NCBI GenBank assembly: GCA_965215505.1
Contig: OZ244065.1
Location: 2,848,001-2,912,000, forward strand
Reading direction: 5' to 3'
Length of the DNA: 64,000 nucleotides
Source: Capsulimonadaceae bacterium
GTDB taxonomy: Bacteria; Armatimonadota; Armatimonadia; Armatimonadales; Capsulimonadaceae
Of the stretch, positions 18,912 to 27,712 are shown piece by piece; the first letter of the stretch is position 1, and each line of letters begins with the position of its first letter. The notes below the pieces were generated by a model. That model did not search any database and was not told the DNA's origin. It worked only from the letters and a program-made list of their open reading frames with translations. A program made the position numbers and the translations under genes.

Positions 18912-20660
18912 TCACGGGTTGTCCAAGGTCGCCTTGCGGCTGGCGTGGTTGACGGCCTCGCCCCGGCCGCTGAGGACGTGGGTGATCTCGGTCCCCTCTC
19001 GGCCGGTGATCCAGACGGACGTGAGGTGGCGCAGGTGGACATTAGGCGCAGCGGGGGCCTCGATGGCATTGAGGCACTTGGCTGGGGAATGGAGGAACAC
19101 GCCGTAGACGCCCAGCCCCCAGGCCTCGTGGGTCGTGACACCGTCCGCGACCTTGTAGGAGGCGTAGCCATTGACGCCGCCGTGCGACCACTGCTCCTGC
19201 GTGGGGGCGTCGTAGGGCAGCTCGCTCTGGTAGAAATAGACGCGGCCACCCTCGCCGTTCCACAGCGTTTGGTACTCCTGGAAGTGTTCCACGAACAGGC
19301 CGTAGACGGTGACATCAGAGCCGTTCACGATCAGGCCGTTCCTGCTTCGGTTGCCCTCCCAGGTGGCCCCCGCGCCGTGGTCCGCGCGCCAGAGCCACAG
19401 GTTGTCCCCGACCACATTGTTGCTGTTTATTACCAGGCAGGCCGAGGCCGTCCCGACCGTCGCCCCGCCGACGCGGGCGACGATGTCGTAGAGGAAAGTG
19501 GGGTCCTTCGCGTGGTCTTTGGAACTGCCAGCCTCCCCCACCCGCAGCAGCGCGGGCGACTCGGCGGGTCCGGCGTCGAAGACGATCCCGGATACAGTGA
19601 CGCCCCCGACGTCGGCGACTTCGAGGGCGGAAGTGCCCCTGTCGGGGATCAGGGTCGCGAAGCCCAAGCCCAAAACGATGGTCCCCGGACGGGTGACGCG
19701 CAGGCTCGCGTCAAGATGGTAGACGCCCGGCGTCAGCAGCAGGTGCTTCCCGGCGTCTAGGGCGGCATTGAGGGTGGCGGCGGTGTCCCGGCCCGCGTGG
19801 GCGAGGTAGAACCTGTCCAGGGGCACGGACTTCCCCGGCGTCGGCCCGGCGGCCCAACTGGTCCCGCGCGTGGCCCCCGTATGCAGGGAGGGCACCAGGA
19901 CGGCGTAGTCGCCGCGCCGGTCCAGGTAGAGGTACGGCTTCTCGCGGAGCAGGGGCGTGTCGGCGATGACCGTATAGGCGGGGCGCGGCCAGTCCCCGGC
20001 GGGCGGATTTCGGACGCCGACGAAGGTCATGTTCCAGTTGGCCCCGGCCCAGCCCGCCCACGAGTCGTTGCGCGAAAGCCACTGCTGCTGCGTCCCCGAG
20101 TTCACCCGGCCCGAAACCCGGCAGTCGGCCATGAAGCCGCCGCTCGACCAGCCCCGGTCCCACAGGTCTAAATCCCCGTTGATCTGCGTCCGCCGCAGCG
20201 ATGTCCCCTGCGAGACGGCCCAATGCAGCGGCGTCGGGCCGGTCGGCGTCACGCTCAGGTTCTCGCAGGCCCGCCAGAAGTTGCAGGTGGCGTTGCCGTG
20301 CCCCAGCCAGTCCGCCTCGGAACGCACCGCGCCCGTGATGGTCACGTCGCCCGGCGACCGGCCCAGGCCGAGTACCTGCGTGTAGAAGCCGACATTGACG
20401 TCCAGGTCGTAATGGCCCGGCTTGAAGAGATAGACGTACCGCTCGGGTCCGAACTGGTTCCGCTCCTGCTTCTCGAACACGCCGTTCAGCGTGGCCTGCA
20501 CGGCATTTTTGGGCATGGAGGGGTCGAAAATCAGCACGTTCGGGCCGAAGTCGGGCGGCCTGGGCCGCGCCTCCGCCCGGCTTTGGACGGCGAGCAGGCT
20601 CAGGAGGAACGCGGCGGCGAGGACAAGGGCGCAGACTTGATCGGGTGTCGGGTGGCGCAT
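18912..20660 (-). CDS. Secreted GH55-like exo-beta-1,3-glucanase
   Basis: PDFGPNVLIFDP, NATCNFWR..ENL, WAVSQ, GWSSGGF, SGTQQQW, WLWRADHG, FYQSELPYD, as in bacterial GH55. Confidence 0.82.
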   Translation of the reverse strand: MRHPTPDQVCALVLAAAFLLSLLAVQSRAEARPRPPDFGPNVLIFDPSMPKNAVQATLNGVFEKQERNQFGPERYVYLFKPGHYDLDVNVGFYTQVLGLGRSPGDVTITGAVRSEADWLGHGNATCNFWRACENLSVTPTGPTPLHWAVSQGTSLRRTQINGDLDLWDRGWSSGGFMADCRVSGRVNSGTQQQWLSRNDSWAGWAGANWNMTFVGVRNPPAGDWPRPAYTVIADTPLLREKPYLYLDRRGDYAVLVPSLHTGATRGTSWAAGPTPGKSVPLDRFYLAHAGRDTAATLNAALDAGKHLLLTPGVYHLDASLRVTRPGTIVLGLGFATLIPDRGTSALEVADVGGVTVSGIVFDAGPAESPALLRVGEAGSSKDHAKDPTFLYDIVARVGGATVGTASACLVINSNNVVGDNLWLWRADHGAGATWEGNRSRNGLIVNGSDVTVYGLFVEHFQEYQTLWNGEGGRVYFYQSELPYDAPTQEQWSHGGVNGYASYKVADGVTTHEAWGLGVYGVFLHSPAKCLNAIEAPAAPNVHLRHLTSVWITGREGTEITHVLSGRGEAVNHASRKATLDNP

Positions 20661-20709
20661 GGGTGTCTCCCGGCGTGTGTTGGGTGTAGCGGCATCCAGC
20701 GGGGCGTTC

Positions 20710-21327
20710 TCACGCCGGGGCGCCACCGGAGAGGCTGGTAGTATCCGCCCAGACGGGAGGACTGGTGCGCTCCTGAACGTCCCCCAAACGCTCCAAGAGG
20801 GTCCAGCGGTGTTCCGGCGTGATCGCCGTCTGCTCCAACTCCTGGAGGATCTGCGCGAGCTTGCGCTGATCGCGGGCGAAATCAGCGCGGCGCTTGTTCA
20901 GCCGGGGCCGGTCCAGGCGGATGTTCCGGATGGTGTACCGTCCGGTGGGAGTTCTGGCCGAAACGGTGCCGTCGGGGTGGGTGTCCCAGTGGGCCTCATG
21001 GTCTTCCGCGCACGGGTCCAGGAAGCGTTCGCCCGCCACATATTGGGCATCGGTCGGCCAGCGGTTGCCTTTATAGAGGTTGCAGCGGGGACAGGACCAG
21101 TACAAGTTCTCGTACACGTTTCTGAGGTGGGAAAAGCCTTTGCCCAGCCCCTCCGGCGGGTGGAGTGGGCGGTGGTGGTCCACCTCCCCGGCTTCCCCGT
21201 CCAGGAAATAATGCTCGTGGGTCAGGCAGTAGGCACAGCGGTACTCGAAATCGGGGCGCAGGTACGGGTCCCGATACTCCAGATAATCATTGAGCGGCGG
21301 CACATCGGGGGTGCGTTCAAAGATCAT
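20710..21327 (-). CDS. HNH endonuclease
   Basis: CAYC...EVDHHRP...YENLYWSCPRCNLYKG, FLDPC; the start overlaps the upstream gene's stop. Confidence 0.9.
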   Translation of the reverse strand: MIFERTPDVPPLNDYLEYRDPYLRPDFEYRCAYCLTHEHYFLDGEAGEVDHHRPLHPPEGLGKGFSHLRNVYENLYWSCPRCNLYKGNRWPTDAQYVAGERFLDPCAEDHEAHWDTHPDGTVSARTPTGRYTIRNIRLDRPRLNKRRADFARDQRKLAQILQELEQTAITPEHRWTLLERLGDVQERTSPPVWADTTSLSGGAPA

Positions 21328-21712
21328 CCGGCGGCCCCTTCCGGGGCAGGCTCCGCAGCAGCACCAGAATCTCATCGAGCTTGTCGCCGGTTTCCTGGAG
21401 CCGTCGGTCAGCCTCCTGCTCGACGGGGTCCACGCCTTCGAGAAGGTCCAGTTCCGCCTCGACCTGACGCAGCCGCGCCGCCTGCGCGCCGGAGAGCGTT
21501 TGGTCGTCTTCTTGGGCGCGCAGGGCTTGGCACTCTTCCGCCAGCCGCATCTCGCGCGCCCGGTCCTGGGTCAGCGCAGGGGGTGCCGCCATCGGCGGCA
21601 AGTTTGCCGTCAGGACCCGGCGTGCCGCCTCCGTCCGGTCCCACCCCTTTTGGGCCGCGACCGCGTCCAGCCGGGCTCCCTCGGCGGGCGTCAGATCAAT
21701 CGTCAGTGTCAT
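21317..21712 (-). CDS. Putative antitoxin / RHH-like DNA-binding protein
   Basis: MTLTIDLTPAEGARLDAVAAQKG N-terminus shared with 30610-30894; acidic helical C-terminus; GGGTATAAT upstream. Confidence 0.7.
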   Translation of the reverse strand: MTLTIDLTPAEGARLDAVAAQKGWDRTEAARRVLTANLPPMAAPPALTQDRAREMRLAEECQALRAQEDDQTLSGAQAARLRQVEAELDLLEGVDPVEQEADRRLQETGDKLDEILVLLRSLPRKGPPDDL

Positions 21713-21813
21713 GGCGTTTTCGGTCCCTACTGCGCTGATTATACCCGGTCCGTGGCGGGCCGGATAAGGAAGGTCTGCATCCGGCGGCCCGCGATGACGG
21801 ACCGCCAGAGGCA

Positions 21814-21878
21814 TGACGCTTACTGGTGACGCTTACTGGTGACGCTTACTGGTGACGCTTACTGGTGACGCTTACTGC
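21814..21878. repeat. 13-bp tandem repeat x5
   Basis: (TGACGCTTACTGG)4 plus TGACGCTTACTGC; the unit contains the last codon and stop of the adjacent gene. Confidence 0.95.
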
Positions 21879-23197
21879 GGCTGGCCGAGGCTTTTGTCGG
21901 TCAGAAAGTCGGCGCGGTATTTGAGCGCGGCGATGACCTCGCGCTCATAGGGTGCCAGATCGGCGAGCGTCGTCAGGCCGTGGGTGGCCATCACCGAGGC
22001 GGCTGCGGCGGCGACCTCGGGGGCGGCGTGGCCCGTATTGACCTTACGGTCGAAGGCGGTCGCCATGCCCGCCTCGCTGCGGAGGACATCGCCGACGCGG
22101 CCCGTCAGCGCCGCGCCGCTGGGGAGGGTGACGGTGATCGGGTCGGCGGCCGGGTAGTAGATGCGCTTGGCGGCCTGGATCTGGGCGACTCGGAAGGCCG
22201 TGCTGCTGCGGCCCGCCGCCTGGAAGACGGCGACGAGGCGCGGGTCACGGATCGTCTTCTGGACGGCCTCCGGCCCGGTCAGCTCGGCCCCGGTCGCCGG
22301 GTCCAGGGCGGCGTATATCCCCAAGGGGGTCACGTCAATGCCCCGGACATGGAAGTCGCGGGCGAAGTCGGCGGGCGCGTTTGTTTTCTCCGTGGCAAGC
22401 ACCGAGGCCAGCGAGCCGTCACCGCCGACCGCCGTGATGAACTGGATGAAGCCGACCGAGACGTACCCGGTGTCGTAGGTATTCACGGCGTCGAACCCGC
22501 CTTCCAGACGCGAGACGGCTCCGACGACGTGTGCCTCGAAGGGCGTCAGCCCGGCGTCCCGCATCAGGGCGTCTAAAGCACCCGCCGGCATGTCTTTGAG
22601 AGACGCACCGCCGGAGATGACGCCCTCGGCGAAGCGGTAGGACGGATAGCGCGGCGAGATGGGGATGGGGGCGGTGTAGGCGAGCGGCGGGCCGTCGCCC
22701 AGGCTGATGACATACCGGCGCGGCACGACGGCAGCGGACAGCGGGGGCGGGTCGCCCGCCGCGCGCAGCAGCGCGTCTGGGGCCAGGCCGGGGGCGGGCG
22801 GTTCGGGGTCGGTCGGGGCGGCCCCTGCCGCCTGGGCGGCCTCCCAGCGGTCGTGGGCGAACTTGGCATCGGTCCAGGCCCTCCAGGCGGCGGCCTCGGC
22901 GGGCGGGGCCGTTTTGAGGGCGCGGTTGAAGTCATGGAACCAGAGGGAGGCGTCGGGCGTCAGGGAGGCGCGCGGGGCCGCGAACGTGACACGCACCCGG
23001 CCCGGACGGCCCCAGAAGGTGACACACGCCGCCCGCTCGGCGTCCGTCCACAGGGGCGTCGCGGGGGCGGGCAGCGGGGTGGGCGGGACGGGGGTCGCGG
23101 ACCGGGACGCGCAGGAGTTCAGGGCGAGCGGGAACAGCAGCAGGGCCGGCAGGGCGTGTTTCAGGGGTTTTCTCAGGGCGCGGGGCATGGGCTTCAT
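21872..23197 (-). CDS. Lipoprotein with possible lysozyme-like domain
   Basis: Lipobox-like LNSC after a hydrophobic stretch; LEGGFDAVNTYDTGYVSVGFIQF motif. Confidence 0.7.
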   Translation of the reverse strand: MKPMPRALRKPLKHALPALLLFPLALNSCASRSATPVPPTPLPAPATPLWTDAERAACVTFWGRPGRVRVTFAAPRASLTPDASLWFHDFNRALKTAPPAEAAAWRAWTDAKFAHDRWEAAQAAGAAPTDPEPPAPGLAPDALLRAAGDPPPLSAAVVPRRYVISLGDGPPLAYTAPIPISPRYPSYRFAEGVISGGASLKDMPAGALDALMRDAGLTPFEAHVVGAVSRLEGGFDAVNTYDTGYVSVGFIQFITAVGGDGSLASVLATEKTNAPADFARDFHVRGIDVTPLGIYAALDPATGAELTGPEAVQKTIRDPRLVAVFQAAGRSSTAFRVAQIQAAKRIYYPAADPITVTLPSGAALTGRVGDVLRSEAGMATAFDRKVNTGHAAPEVAAAAASVMATHGLTTLADLAPYEREVIAALKYRADFLTDKSLGQPQ

Positions 23198-23212
23198 TCT
23201 TTCCGGCCTTTC

Positions 23213-24052
23213 CTAATCCCGCCCCTTGCCGGCGCGGTCCGGCAGATACTCCCAGTGCCACGGCTCGGGTAAATAGGCCACGAAGCCGAAGTCGGCGGCC
23301 CGGCGTCCCAGCCAGCGCCAGAACCAGGACTCCTTCCACGGGTCCGCCTGCGCCGTGGACGGCCCCAAGCCCGCCCCTGCCGCCGCAGCGGGGGTCGCGG
23401 CGGTCGCAGGCTTCAGGCGCAAGGCGAAGTCGACGGCGATGCCGCCCTGGTGATTCGAAAAGCCCGGCGCGGCGACGCGCACGCCGATGTAGTCACGCAG
23501 CAGGGCGGCGGCATCGGGGCCGAACTCGCCGCCGGGGCAGAGGAGCCGCTGCGCCCGCGTCGCCGCTGCATAACCTTCGTAGTTCCGGTCCCAGATCGAG
23601 AACTGCGTCGAGGCCGACCGGTAGGCGTTGTTGAGGGCGATCTCGCGGACGTTCTGCGCGCGGGTGCGGCGATCGGCGGTCTCGGCGTCAGTGCCCGTCG
23701 CCGCCTGATCGGCCGCCAGATCGGCGCGGGCGGCGGCCAGCAGCCTGCCGAGGGCGACGGCGGCGTCCCGGCGCATGACGGTCTGGGTGCCCGGTACGGC
23801 CATGAGGGAATCGGGCGGCAGGTCGTAAATGCGCGGACGCCCGGATTTGACGCCCCGCGCGACGTGCAGGCGGTAGACCTCCTGCTTGAAGGCGTATTCG
23901 GGTGCGGACAAGGCTCCCCGCGTCAGCCGCTCGGGGGCGATCTCCGCCGCCGGGTCTGCCGCCGGGACCACTCCCGGCGCGTCGGCGCGGGCCTGGGAAG
24001 CCGCCAAGGGAAGAGCGGTCAGGGCCAGGAGGATGAGGGCCGGCTTATTCAT
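23213..24052 (-). CDS. Secreted M15/VanY-like D-Ala-D-Ala carboxypeptidase
   Basis: Signal peptide; AYRS..Q, AAPGFSNHQGGIAVDF, EPWHWEY. Confidence 0.88.
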   Translation of the reverse strand: MNKPALILLALTALPLAASQARADAPGVVPAADPAAEIAPERLTRGALSAPEYAFKQEVYRLHVARGVKSGRPRIYDLPPDSLMAVPGTQTVMRRDAAVALGRLLAAARADLAADQAATGTDAETADRRTRAQNVREIALNNAYRSASTQFSIWDRNYEGYAAATRAQRLLCPGGEFGPDAAALLRDYIGVRVAAPGFSNHQGGIAVDFALRLKPATAATPAAAAGAGLGPSTAQADPWKESWFWRWLGRRAADFGFVAYLPEPWHWEYLPDRAGKGRD

Positions 24053-24105
24053 GGCACCTTGTTACGCTTCGGCCTGGCTGTTTCCTCCTCGGCGGCGATC
24101 GGAAA

Positions 24106-24343
24106 CCACGGGTTGAAACCTAAGGCTTTATTGGGGTGAGGCATCAAAGTTTCCACTGTCCAGGGGACAGAAGATCAGGGGGACCCCGCCCCTACGCGGC
24201 CCTGACCGTCGGGTCCCTCTTGCGCTCTCGTCTTGCGTCCCTTGGACTGCACTGGTCAGCACTGGCTACCCGGAGGGCAAACCTGGAAGGCGCTGGGTTT
24301 TTCGGTGCCTCACCCCAATAAAGCCTTAGGTTTCAACCCGTGG
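24106..24343. repeat. REPIN/MITE-like element (perfect 38-bp terminal inverted repeats)
   Basis: CCACGGGTTGAAACCTAAGGCTTTATTGGGGTGAGGCA (24106-24143) and its exact reverse complement (24306-24343). The interior carries CTGTCCAGGGGACAG (shared with family A) and a GTAG REP half. Confidence 0.88.
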
Positions 24344-24484
24344 CAAACTTTGCATCAATCGTGAGACGCTACCCGTCCGTCCTCCGCGCTTTTCACGGCC
24401 GCATCGCCCCAGGGCTTCCCGGAAAACCGCTGCGATTAGGCCCGAAAACGTGGTACGCGTGATGCGGCACCGTGCGCGTTCTTC

Positions 24485-24513
24485 TTGACTTGTGGCCGTG
24501 CGCGTGATATACT
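24485..24513 (+). promoter_or_regulatory. Sigma70 promoter of a candidate sRNA
   Basis: TTGACT-N17-TATACT. Confidence 0.75.
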
Positions 24514-24519
24514 ATCCCT

Positions 24520-24577
24520 ACGCTGCAAACAAAACAGCGTGACACGGAGCGGCAGCCAAAGAGGCTGGCGCTTTTTT
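24520..24577 (+). ncRNA. Candidate ~58-nt small RNA
   Basis: Begins 7 nt after the -10 box: hairpin ACGCTG-CAAACAAAA-CAGCGT, linker GACACGG, terminator AGCGgCAGCC-AAAGA-GGCTGgCGCT-TTTTT. Confidence 0.6.
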
Positions 24578-24726
24578 GCTGTCTGTCCCCCCGCCCGCTC
24601 CCCAGTCCCCGTCCCTGTGACAAAGTTCACAGTGTGCGCGTGACGCCCGCCTCAGCCGCCTCCCCCGTCCGGGTCTATAATAAGCACATCAACGAAATGA
24701 CGGACCGAGACACGGGGGGCACGACC

Positions 24727-24933
24727 ATGCAGCAGAGCATCTACAACAGCATCATCCATGACAGCATCACGATCCAAGCGACGAAGACGGACACGGGGAC
24801 GACCGCCCCGGCCTTCTGGGGGGCGAGCCTGCTCCAGCGGCTCGCGCGTCGGTGGGACATGGTGGGCGTGCTGGCGCTGATGGGTTCGAGCGCGGCCTAC
24901 GGCGTGTTCGCCCTGGCCCACCTCGGCCTGTAG
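24727..24933 (+). CDS. Small single-TM membrane protein (68 aa)
   Basis: Own TATAAT at 24676-24681, G-rich RBS, C-terminal hydrophobic helix WDMVGVLALMGSSAAYGVFALAHLGL, terminator after. Confidence 0.6.
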   Translation: MQQSIYNSIIHDSITIQATKTDTGTTAPAFWGASLLQRLARRWDMVGVLALMGSSAAYGVFALAHLGL

Positions 24934-24959
24934 GGCGGCATGGGCCGGGAGCGTGACGG

Positions 24960-24996
24960 AAAAAGGCGGGGGTGAGAGGTCTCACCCGCGCCTTTC
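24960..24996. terminator. Bidirectional terminator
   Basis: AAAAAGGCG..GGGTGAG-AGGT-CTCACCC..CGCCTTT. Confidence 0.6.
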
Positions 24997-25027
24997 GCCG
25001 TCCCGACCATCTGCCCAGCGGCGGCGG

Positions 25028-25741
25028 TCAGAGGGACCGAGCGGCCTTCTTCCGCTTGGCAACTATTACCAACCCACCTAGGCCCAGGACCAGCAGCCCG
25101 AAGGAGGCCGTGGTGGAGGCTTCCGGGACAGAAGGGGGAGCAAATGTCAGGTCGTCGAGAGCGAATTGGGCCGCCACGTTTGGCTTGAAGTCGTAGCCAG
25201 CGATCCCACTCAGTCCAGCGAAGGCACTGGTATCAACGAAAATTGGCACCTTGCCTGTGAGCGTCGCATCCACCGCACCGAGTGGGTTGAAGTTGCTGTC
25301 ATAGGCCGTGATGAGCACCTCATCCGCGCCGTGGCTACCATCACCGTAATCCACCCAACCACCCCAGAAGCCCACCAGCATTTTAGTCGTACTCATCTTC
25401 AGTTCCGCCCCAGAACTGTTATCCAGCGCGTAGTGGCCGGAATGGGGAGTCAGATAAGTATTGCCCACGGGGACGACGATGCCTGACGAGGAGTAAGAGT
25501 CTATGAACTGATCACCTGTGACAGACCAGCCATCGGAAAACTGGTCAAAGATAACGCCATCGTAAGTCAGGTGCCCACTGTTAGCGGAAGCAAAATCGGT
25601 GAAGCTGTTCACAGGAGGCAATTTGGGTAGGTTATCAAAAGTGATTACGTCTGAGCCTCCGGCGAGGGTGGGCAGGGCGGAACCGAAGGTCAGAACGGAA
25701 ATGGGAGCCAATGCGAGGCTGGCGAGACGCAAGAGACCCAT
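25028..25741 (-). CDS. PEP-CTERM sorting-signal protein
   Basis: Signal peptide, ITFD...FALDDLTF domain, VPEASTTASFGLLVLGLGGLVIVAKRKK tail; more AT-rich than the flanks. Confidence 0.88.
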   Translation of the reverse strand: MGLLRLASLALAPISVLTFGSALPTLAGGSDVITFDNLPKLPPVNSFTDFASANSGHLTYDGVIFDQFSDGWSVTGDQFIDSYSSSGIVVPVGNTYLTPHSGHYALDNSSGAELKMSTTKMLVGFWGGWVDYGDGSHGADEVLITAYDSNFNPLGAVDATLTGKVPIFVDTSAFAGLSGIAGYDFKPNVAAQFALDDLTFAPPSVPEASTTASFGLLVLGLGGLVIVAKRKKAARSL

Positions 25742-25825
25742 ATAGAGTTTCCTTTCGATAGTATTAGGTGATAGAAGGCGCAATTTCCTACAAGCACATG
25801 ACAAAGTGCCTGTATTAGTACCTAC

Positions 25826-25842
25826 TGCACAAACCATGCCAA
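25826..25842 (-). promoter_or_regulatory. Sigma54 (-24/-12) promoter candidate
   Basis: Minus strand TTGGCATG-GTTT-GTGCA with GG-N10-GC spacing, about 85 nt upstream of the PEP-CTERM gene. Confidence 0.6.
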
Positions 25843-25898
25843 GCGGGCGGCCTGATGTGCCGGAACCTGAGAAGTGGCACAATTTTGGACATGTGCCG

Positions 25899-26147
25899 TC
25901 AAAAGTCTTCGTCCAGCGTGTCCAACTCGGTGACGGCCATCGCCTCGGCTTTGCCCGCGTTGATCAGGCCCAGCGCGACCGCCGCTGTGACCATCGGCTC
26001 CGACGCCTTCAGGTCGTTGACGTCGCCGACCGCGATCTCGGTCCCATCCCGGAAGCGCCACAACTCCCCCTCCACCATCCAGGCCGTCGTCGTGCGGATC
26101 TCGATAAACCGCACCCGGCTAACGCCGCCTGCCCCGTGATTACTCAT
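25899..26147 (-). CDS. Small hypothetical protein (~82 aa)
   Basis: MSNHGAGG...ELDTLDEDF; GGGAG RBS before the ATG; GC3-rich codons. Confidence 0.55.
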   Translation of the reverse strand: MSNHGAGGVSRVRFIEIRTTTAWMVEGELWRFRDGTEIAVGDVNDLKASEPMVTAAVALGLINAGKAEAMAVTELDTLDEDF

Positions 26148-26247
26148 TTTTCTCCCACCTACGGTAAAATATACCCGGCAGCGCGCCGAACTTTCTCCCG
26201 GAGGGTGCGTCTGCACTCGCGAAGTTCCCGACACCGGAGGTACGCTC

Positions 26248-27669
26248 ATGCCGACTCGCGCCCTCACGCGCGCCGCCCTGGCCGCTCTTTCCTCGCTCTC
26301 ATTCCTCTTCCCGCTCTCCGCCCGCGCCGACACGCCCCTTATAGTGTCCGGGCCGTACACGCTGACGCAGTCGCTCCTGGACGCCGATGCCGACTACTTA
26401 GGCTGGGCGGCGGGCCGCGCCCTCTCTCCCGACGAGCGGCGGCGGCTGGCGGCCCTGGAAACGGGCCGGTTCCGGCGCGACCCGGCCTGGACGATCAAGG
26501 TCCTGGACGGCGAGCAGAAGACCCTGCCCTCCTTCAAGACCTTCAGCGCCCCGGTCCAGGACGGACTGCGCCGGACCGTTCTTGCCGACATCCCGGACCT
26601 GCGGAACAACCACCTCACGCCGGACGAGGCGCGGCAGATGCGTCTGATCGCCGCCGGCCTGCCTGCCCCGGACGCCCCCGCCCCGGAGCGCATGAGCCAG
26701 GCAACCCCGCGCCCCGAAGCCGCCGCGCCCGCCCGGCCCGCCGACGCGCCCGAGGGGGGCGAGGTCCGGCTGCCGCTCCGCAGCGGCAAGTACACCTTGA
26801 CGCAGGCCCAGGTGGACACGGACCTCGCCGTGGCCCGGATCGCGGCGGCCCGCCCGCTGACCGCTGGGGAGCGGCGGCAGGTGACGACCATAAACGCCGC
26901 CCAGTTCCGCCGCGACCCCGCCGGGACCCTCAAGGTCCTCCGCCGCGAGGCCACCGACCTGAAGAACCTGAGCCGGTACGACGGCGTGCGCCTGGCGGCT
27001 TGGCGCAAGGCCAACATCGTCTCCTGCTCCTTCCACGCCGACCCCACCCTGACATCGGAGGAGTCCGGGGCTTTGCTGGCCATCTACACGCGCGCCAACC
27101 CCGTCATCGGCACGGACCGGGCCGCGCGGGCGGTCATCACCGAACACGACATTGACGCCTGGGTGGCCGCCACCCGATTCATCGCCGCCCAGGCACACGT
27201 CCCCGCCCCCGGCCCCGGCTACCGCCCGAGCCTCGTCCATCTGGCGCAGGAGCCTTCCACTCGCCTCGGCCCCAAGTTGGAGGACGACATCGCCAACATG
27301 GAGCGCAACTGGGCCGCCCTGCGCCTGGTCTGGACGCACCTCGGGGCCGCCCAGCGCGCGCAGATGATGGGCCGCTATCTCGCCAAAGTGAGGGCGGCCG
27401 GGGCGCAGGGCGACAGCGCCACCCTGGCCTCGGTGGTGGCCCTCCAGTCCGGCGTGGACGCCTTCGCGGACTACCCGGACGCCCTGGACCCGCGCCTAGC
27501 CCTGATGAAGCGCATCATGCTCCAGCGGTACAGCCGGTTCCAGGGGAACATGATGGACTACAACATCCAGAAGATGATGCTGGGCAACGTCAACAACGCC
27601 CGCATTATCAACGGGCAGGGGATAGACCTGTCGGACCCCAAGAACCACATCCCCCTGCCCGTGCCGTAG
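26248..27669 (+). CDS. Secreted hypothetical protein with two homologous domains
   Basis: GGAGG RBS; signal peptide ending ARA; duplicated SGxYTLTQ...FRRDPA motif. Confidence 0.8.
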   Translation: MPTRALTRAALAALSSLSFLFPLSARADTPLIVSGPYTLTQSLLDADADYLGWAAGRALSPDERRRLAALETGRFRRDPAWTIKVLDGEQKTLPSFKTFSAPVQDGLRRTVLADIPDLRNNHLTPDEARQMRLIAAGLPAPDAPAPERMSQATPRPEAAAPARPADAPEGGEVRLPLRSGKYTLTQAQVDTDLAVARIAAARPLTAGERRQVTTINAAQFRRDPAGTLKVLRREATDLKNLSRYDGVRLAAWRKANIVSCSFHADPTLTSEESGALLAIYTRANPVIGTDRAARAVITEHDIDAWVAATRFIAAQAHVPAPGPGYRPSLVHLAQEPSTRLGPKLEDDIANMERNWAALRLVWTHLGAAQRAQMMGRYLAKVRAAGAQGDSATLASVVALQSGVDAFADYPDALDPRLALMKRIMLQRYSRFQGNMMDYNIQKMMLGNVNNARIINGQGIDLSDPKNHIPLPVP

Positions 27670-27712
27670 GGGACGGGGATGGCCTCGCCCTGGAAGCGCC
27701 CCCGCCATCCGT

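Noticed and set aside
20710-21327. Septu/retron defence system
   Set aside because: No AAA ATPase, reverse transcriptase or msr-msd next to the HNH gene.
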